Shown piece after piece: positions 60,698 through 64,000 of a DNA stretch of 64,000 nt (the first letter of the stretch is position 1; each line of letters starts with the position of its first letter). Position numbers and translations under genes: made by a program. Origin of the DNA: an uncultured Desulfobacter sp. (GTDB taxonomy: Bacteria; Desulfobacterota; Desulfobacteria; Desulfobacterales; Desulfobacteraceae); the NCBI GenBank assembly GCA_963665095.1, contig OY762069.1, positions 4,384,001-4,448,000 of the forward strand, read 5' to 3'. A model generated the notes under the pieces. The model was not told the DNA's origin. It saw only the letters and a program-made list of their open reading frames with translations, and did not search any database.

Positions 60698-62199
60698 CGG
60701 GCCGGCCTTGCCTGAACCAGCAGGGGCCTGAAACTGTGGTCCATGCCGAAGAATGCCAGCCGATCGGTATAAGCGAAGAATGAAATATCATGATACAAAG
60801 GCAGAAGGGGCAGATCTTCAGCAAACCATTGGGACAGATGTCTGTAGATATCTTTCTGTCCGCCGGCAGTTGTACTATGCAGCCCCCGGGCAATGAGATC
60901 GTCTGTCGCAGGGCTGGAACACCCGTAGCTGCGCGGACCATCCGATGCCAGATAGTATGAATAGAAAAAATCCGGCTCCCCTGTCATCAGGGTGTTGGGT
61001 TGAAGCGCAATACTGAAGCGCCCCTCTTTCATCTCCTTGTAATATGCCCCTGGTTCCCGCATATGGATGGCGGCCTTGAAGCCATACCTGCTGAGCTGCA
61101 TCTGGATGAACTGGGCAATATCCAGGTAGGGCCAGCGTTCCACCGTACCGGAATGAAGAAGAATTTCCACTGGCGCTTTGCCAGGCTTCTTTACCGGCAC
61201 CCAGTTGCCGTCAAGATGCCCGAAACACCATTGCCTGGCCAGTGGGGTATACGGATCCTTTGCCACACGGCCGCATCCGGACACCAGAGCCGCCACAATA
61301 CTTTTCCGGTCAATAATGGAGGCCAGCCACCGGCGGGCACTGTTTTCCTTAAAAGGATCTTTTGCGCAGTTAAACACCAGATAATGGGTGGTGGCTACCT
61401 CAACACTTTTTAAAATCAGTCCCGGTACATTTTTAAAGGTGTCCACCTGCTGGGGAAGGATGGCGCCGACGTCTGCCACGGCATCCACCTCCCGGGCCAT
61501 GAGCGCCATGGCCCGGGTCTGGGCATCGGCAAGAACCCTGAAGATCACCTGTTTGAAGTGGGGTTTGTCCCCCCAGTACCCATCAAAGGCCCCAAGAATG
61601 ATACGGTCTTGGGGCAAGGCCTTTTTCAAATAAAAAGGGCCGGTGCCGGTCACGGTTTTAAGGCGGCCGTCCGGTTCAAAATCCTTGGGGTGAAGCACCG
61701 GGCTCTGGTAATAGGAGATGCGGTTTGGAAAGGCAGGCTCCGGGCGCTTCAGGTGAAACACAAGATCCAGGCAGCCCCGGACCTCCAGGCGTTCCAGGTT
61801 TTTATAGACCCCGGACGGGTCATACCGCGGGCTTGATGCTGTGCGTAGAATGGAGGCCTTTGCCAGTTCCGCAGTCAATGGCGTGTTGTCGTGGAACAGA
61901 ACATTGTCTCTAAGATGAAATATCCATCTGCGGTTTTCATCTTCTGACTCCCAGGAACGGGCCAGCCAGGGACAGGCATTCAGATCTTCATCCAGATAGG
62001 TCAATGCCTCCCAGGTATGTGTGGAGCCGTGCAGATAGGCCCTGCCGGCAGGGCCGTCCAGAAAATCCCGGCCCACCCCGATAATCAGGGTCTGGTCTCT
62101 GTCCAAAATGGTACCGGCACCGGAAAACCCCGGTGCCGAAACCATCCATATAAGTGCCGGTACCAGGAAAATCAGGTACCGGCGTAAGTTAAATAACAT
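60694..62199 (-). CDS. ABC substrate-binding protein, family 5 (NikA/DppA-like)
   Basis: Signal peptide; LARSWE, FHLRDNVLFHD, GTGPF and YWG motifs. Confidence 0.9.
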   Translation of the reverse strand: MLFNLRRYLIFLVPALIWMVSAPGFSGAGTILDRDQTLIIGVGRDFLDGPAGRAYLHGSTHTWEALTYLDEDLNACPWLARSWESEDENRRWIFHLRDNVLFHDNTPLTAELAKASILRTASSPRYDPSGVYKNLERLEVRGCLDLVFHLKRPEPAFPNRISYYQSPVLHPKDFEPDGRLKTVTGTGPFYLKKALPQDRIILGAFDGYWGDKPHFKQVIFRVLADAQTRAMALMAREVDAVADVGAILPQQVDTFKNVPGLILKSVEVATTHYLVFNCAKDPFKENSARRWLASIIDRKSIVAALVSGCGRVAKDPYTPLARQWCFGHLDGNWVPVKKPGKAPVEILLHSGTVERWPYLDIAQFIQMQLSRYGFKAAIHMREPGAYYKEMKEGRFSIALQPNTLMTGEPDFFYSYYLASDGPRSYGCSSPATDDLIARGLHSTTAGGQKDIYRHLSQWFAEDLPLLPLYHDISFFAYTDRLAFFGMDHSFRPLLVQARPAR

Positions 62200-64000
62200 T
62201 AGAAAGAAAAACCCACCTCTGCATAATATGTGGTTCCCGGATCTTCATACATGTACATGGTCCGGTACTCCTCGTCAAACAGGTTGTCGATGCCTAAAGA
62301 CAAATCAATCTGTTTAATGAAACCCTTGTTAATCATAAAATGCTTTGTGCCCTTTAAATCAACCACAACAGACGCATCCATCATTAGATCTTCGCCGTTG
62401 CTGTTGGTTTCAGTGTTGGCATCATTGGAGTACTGCTTGCTCAGGTACCGGACGCCGGCGGAAACTCCGAAATTGCCCGGCTGATTGTAAATCACATTAA
62501 AGTTAGCCTTATGCTTGGGGCAGAAGGGCAGGTAGTTACCTTCAATGCTGGCGTCTGAGGGGTTGTCGGAAATCGTGGCCTTGTTATAGGTGTAATTTGC
62601 TTTCAGTGTCCAGTTGTCCGTAAGATAGTACGCCAGAGAGAATTCCACGCCGTAGGATTCGCTTTCACCTATATTTTTGTTCACCCAGACGTTGGAAGCA
62701 TCAAACCAGGACATGATTTTATCTTTTGTATAGCTGTAGAAACAGGTTGTCGTTGACTGGAATCTGTTTCCGAACCACTTGTCTGCACCGATTTCAAAAG
62801 AGTTGGTGGTCTCCGGTTTCAGATCGGGATTTGCCACCCGGGGGCTTCCGCCCGATGTGCTGTTATTATAAAGCTGGTCCGGTGTGGGCGGTGTAAACCC
62901 CATGGCATAACTGCCCCAGAAAGAGGTGGCACTATCAAGATTAAAACGGATACCGGCTTTGGGGCTGATATTGCTGTCAGTCCGGTCACCAGGATCCGGA
63001 TTAGAATATTTATCAAAATAATTGTCATAATTTTTCCAGTGGTCATATCTGGCCCCCAAGGTCATCACCCATTTGTCTGTGATATTCCAGACATCCTGAA
63101 GATATCCTGCCAGGGTTTGAACCTTGTACTCAAGCCCGTAGTTATAGGATGACGTATATCCGGTCAGATCTGTATACTCTTGATCGGTACTCTGATTATT
63201 AAAAAAGAATCCTGATGTCAGGGTATGGGAGCCCCCCAGACGAAAGATGCCCTGGAGTTCCAGGGGCGTTTCCTCAAGATCCATATTCCTTTTCCGGCTC
63301 GGATCATAATTCGTCCCCCCTCTATCATAAAGATGAAGGTAATCATCTTTCCGGTAAGCGGCATAGGCACGCAAATGAATCGTATCTCCGAGATCCTGGT
63401 TCAGAGTCAGGGCAGCCATGTTGTAATCCCAGTCCCCACCGACATTTGGACGACCCCTTGTATATTGGTTGTTCATATAACTATAGAAAAACTGTAGCTG
63501 GGTCCGATCTGTAAAATCATACCCTGAGTTGACGGTCACCCCCCGTTTGTCATAATCACAGTCATCAATCATGTGAATACTTGCATTGACATTATTTTCC
63601 ACAACATTGGTTCCATCAGACTCTTCATAAAAACCGGCCAGGGCAATATTAAATTTGTCAAATTCCCCTTCCGTGGCAAGGGAACCTCTGTAGTGGTCAA
63701 AGGATCCATACCCGCCTTTTATTGTTGTCTTAGGAACCTTCTTGCCTTGTTTTAAAATGATATTAACAACACCTCCGGCAGCATTAGCACCGTAAAGGGC
63801 AGAGGCAGGCCCCCGGATGATTTCTATCCTGTCAACCATTTCAATAGGAATCGCCTGGGTAATCTGCCAGTCTGTAGGAATGCCGTTTACCAGACCAATT
63901 GTGCCGCCGCTGCCAACCCCTCGAATATTGGCATTGGCAATAAACGGCGCATACGCCCGCCGCAGCGTTATTCCGGCCACGTCTCGGAGTGCGTCGCCAA
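62199..64000 (-). CDS. TonB-dependent outer membrane receptor, 5' end outside window
   Basis: Plug motif RIEIIRGPASALYGANAAGGVVNII, NPDLKPE and DNLFD; C-terminal Phe. Confidence 0.92.
   Translation of the reverse strand, partial: GDALRDVAGITLRRAYAPFIANANIRGVGSGGTIGLVNGIPTDWQITQAIPIEMVDRIEIIRGPASALYGANAAGGVVNIILKQGKKVPKTTIKGGYGSFDHYRGSLATEGEFDKFNIALAGFYEESDGTNVVENNVNASIHMIDDCDYDKRGVTVNSGYDFTDRTQLQFFYSYMNNQYTRGRPNVGGDWDYNMAALTLNQDLGDTIHLRAYAAYRKDDYLHLYDRGGTNYDPSRKRNMDLEETPLELQGIFRLGGSHTLTSGFFFNNQSTDQEYTDLTGYTSSYNYGLEYKVQTLAGYLQDVWNITDKWVMTLGARYDHWKNYDNYFDKYSNPDPGDRTDSNISPKAGIRFNLDSATSFWGSYAMGFTPPTPDQLYNNSTSGGSPRVANPDLKPETTNSFEIGADKWFGNRFQSTTTCFYSYTKDKIMSWFDASNVWVNKNIGESESYGVEFSLAYYLTDNWTLKANYTYNKATISDNPSDASIEGNYLPFCPKHKANFNVIYNQPGNFGVSAGVRYLSKQYSNDANTETNSNGEDLMMDASVVVDLKGTKHFMINKGFIKQIDLSLGIDNLFDEEYRTMYMYEDPGTTYYAEVGFSF

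Overview
Mostly core chromosome of an anaerobic Gram-negative bacterium. Gene content and repeat style suggest a Desulfobacteraceae-like sulfate reducer (inference). From left to right: a c-di-GMP and two-component signalling cluster; a giant PPDK-like dikinase that lacks its pyruvate-binding domain, paired with a divergent GAPDH and bracketed by inverted copies of a covarying structured repeat; hisS-aspS; minCDE; aroB behind a terminator/antiterminator leader; perR-rbr and trxA-trxB-bamD; rpmB; ispG-proS-rel and a PIN-PhoH gene; a cobamide salvage/remodelling operon (cobU, radical SAM, cobS, cobD, cbiB, cbiR); TetR with methylmalonyl-CoA mutase and meaB; a NifA-like activator; hisD; an aminotransferase; a Crp/Fnr regulator with a perfect FNR-type box before a Cys-rich HD protein; and a TonB receptor/ABC importer with an embedded methyltransferase. 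I saw no rRNA, tRNA, CRISPR array, prophage or transposase gene. The best candidates for undescribed biology are the truncated dikinase-GAPDH module, the covarying 126-bp repeat, the aroB attenuator-like leader and the radical SAM enzyme in the cob operon. All calls come from motif recognition by eye; no database searches were run.
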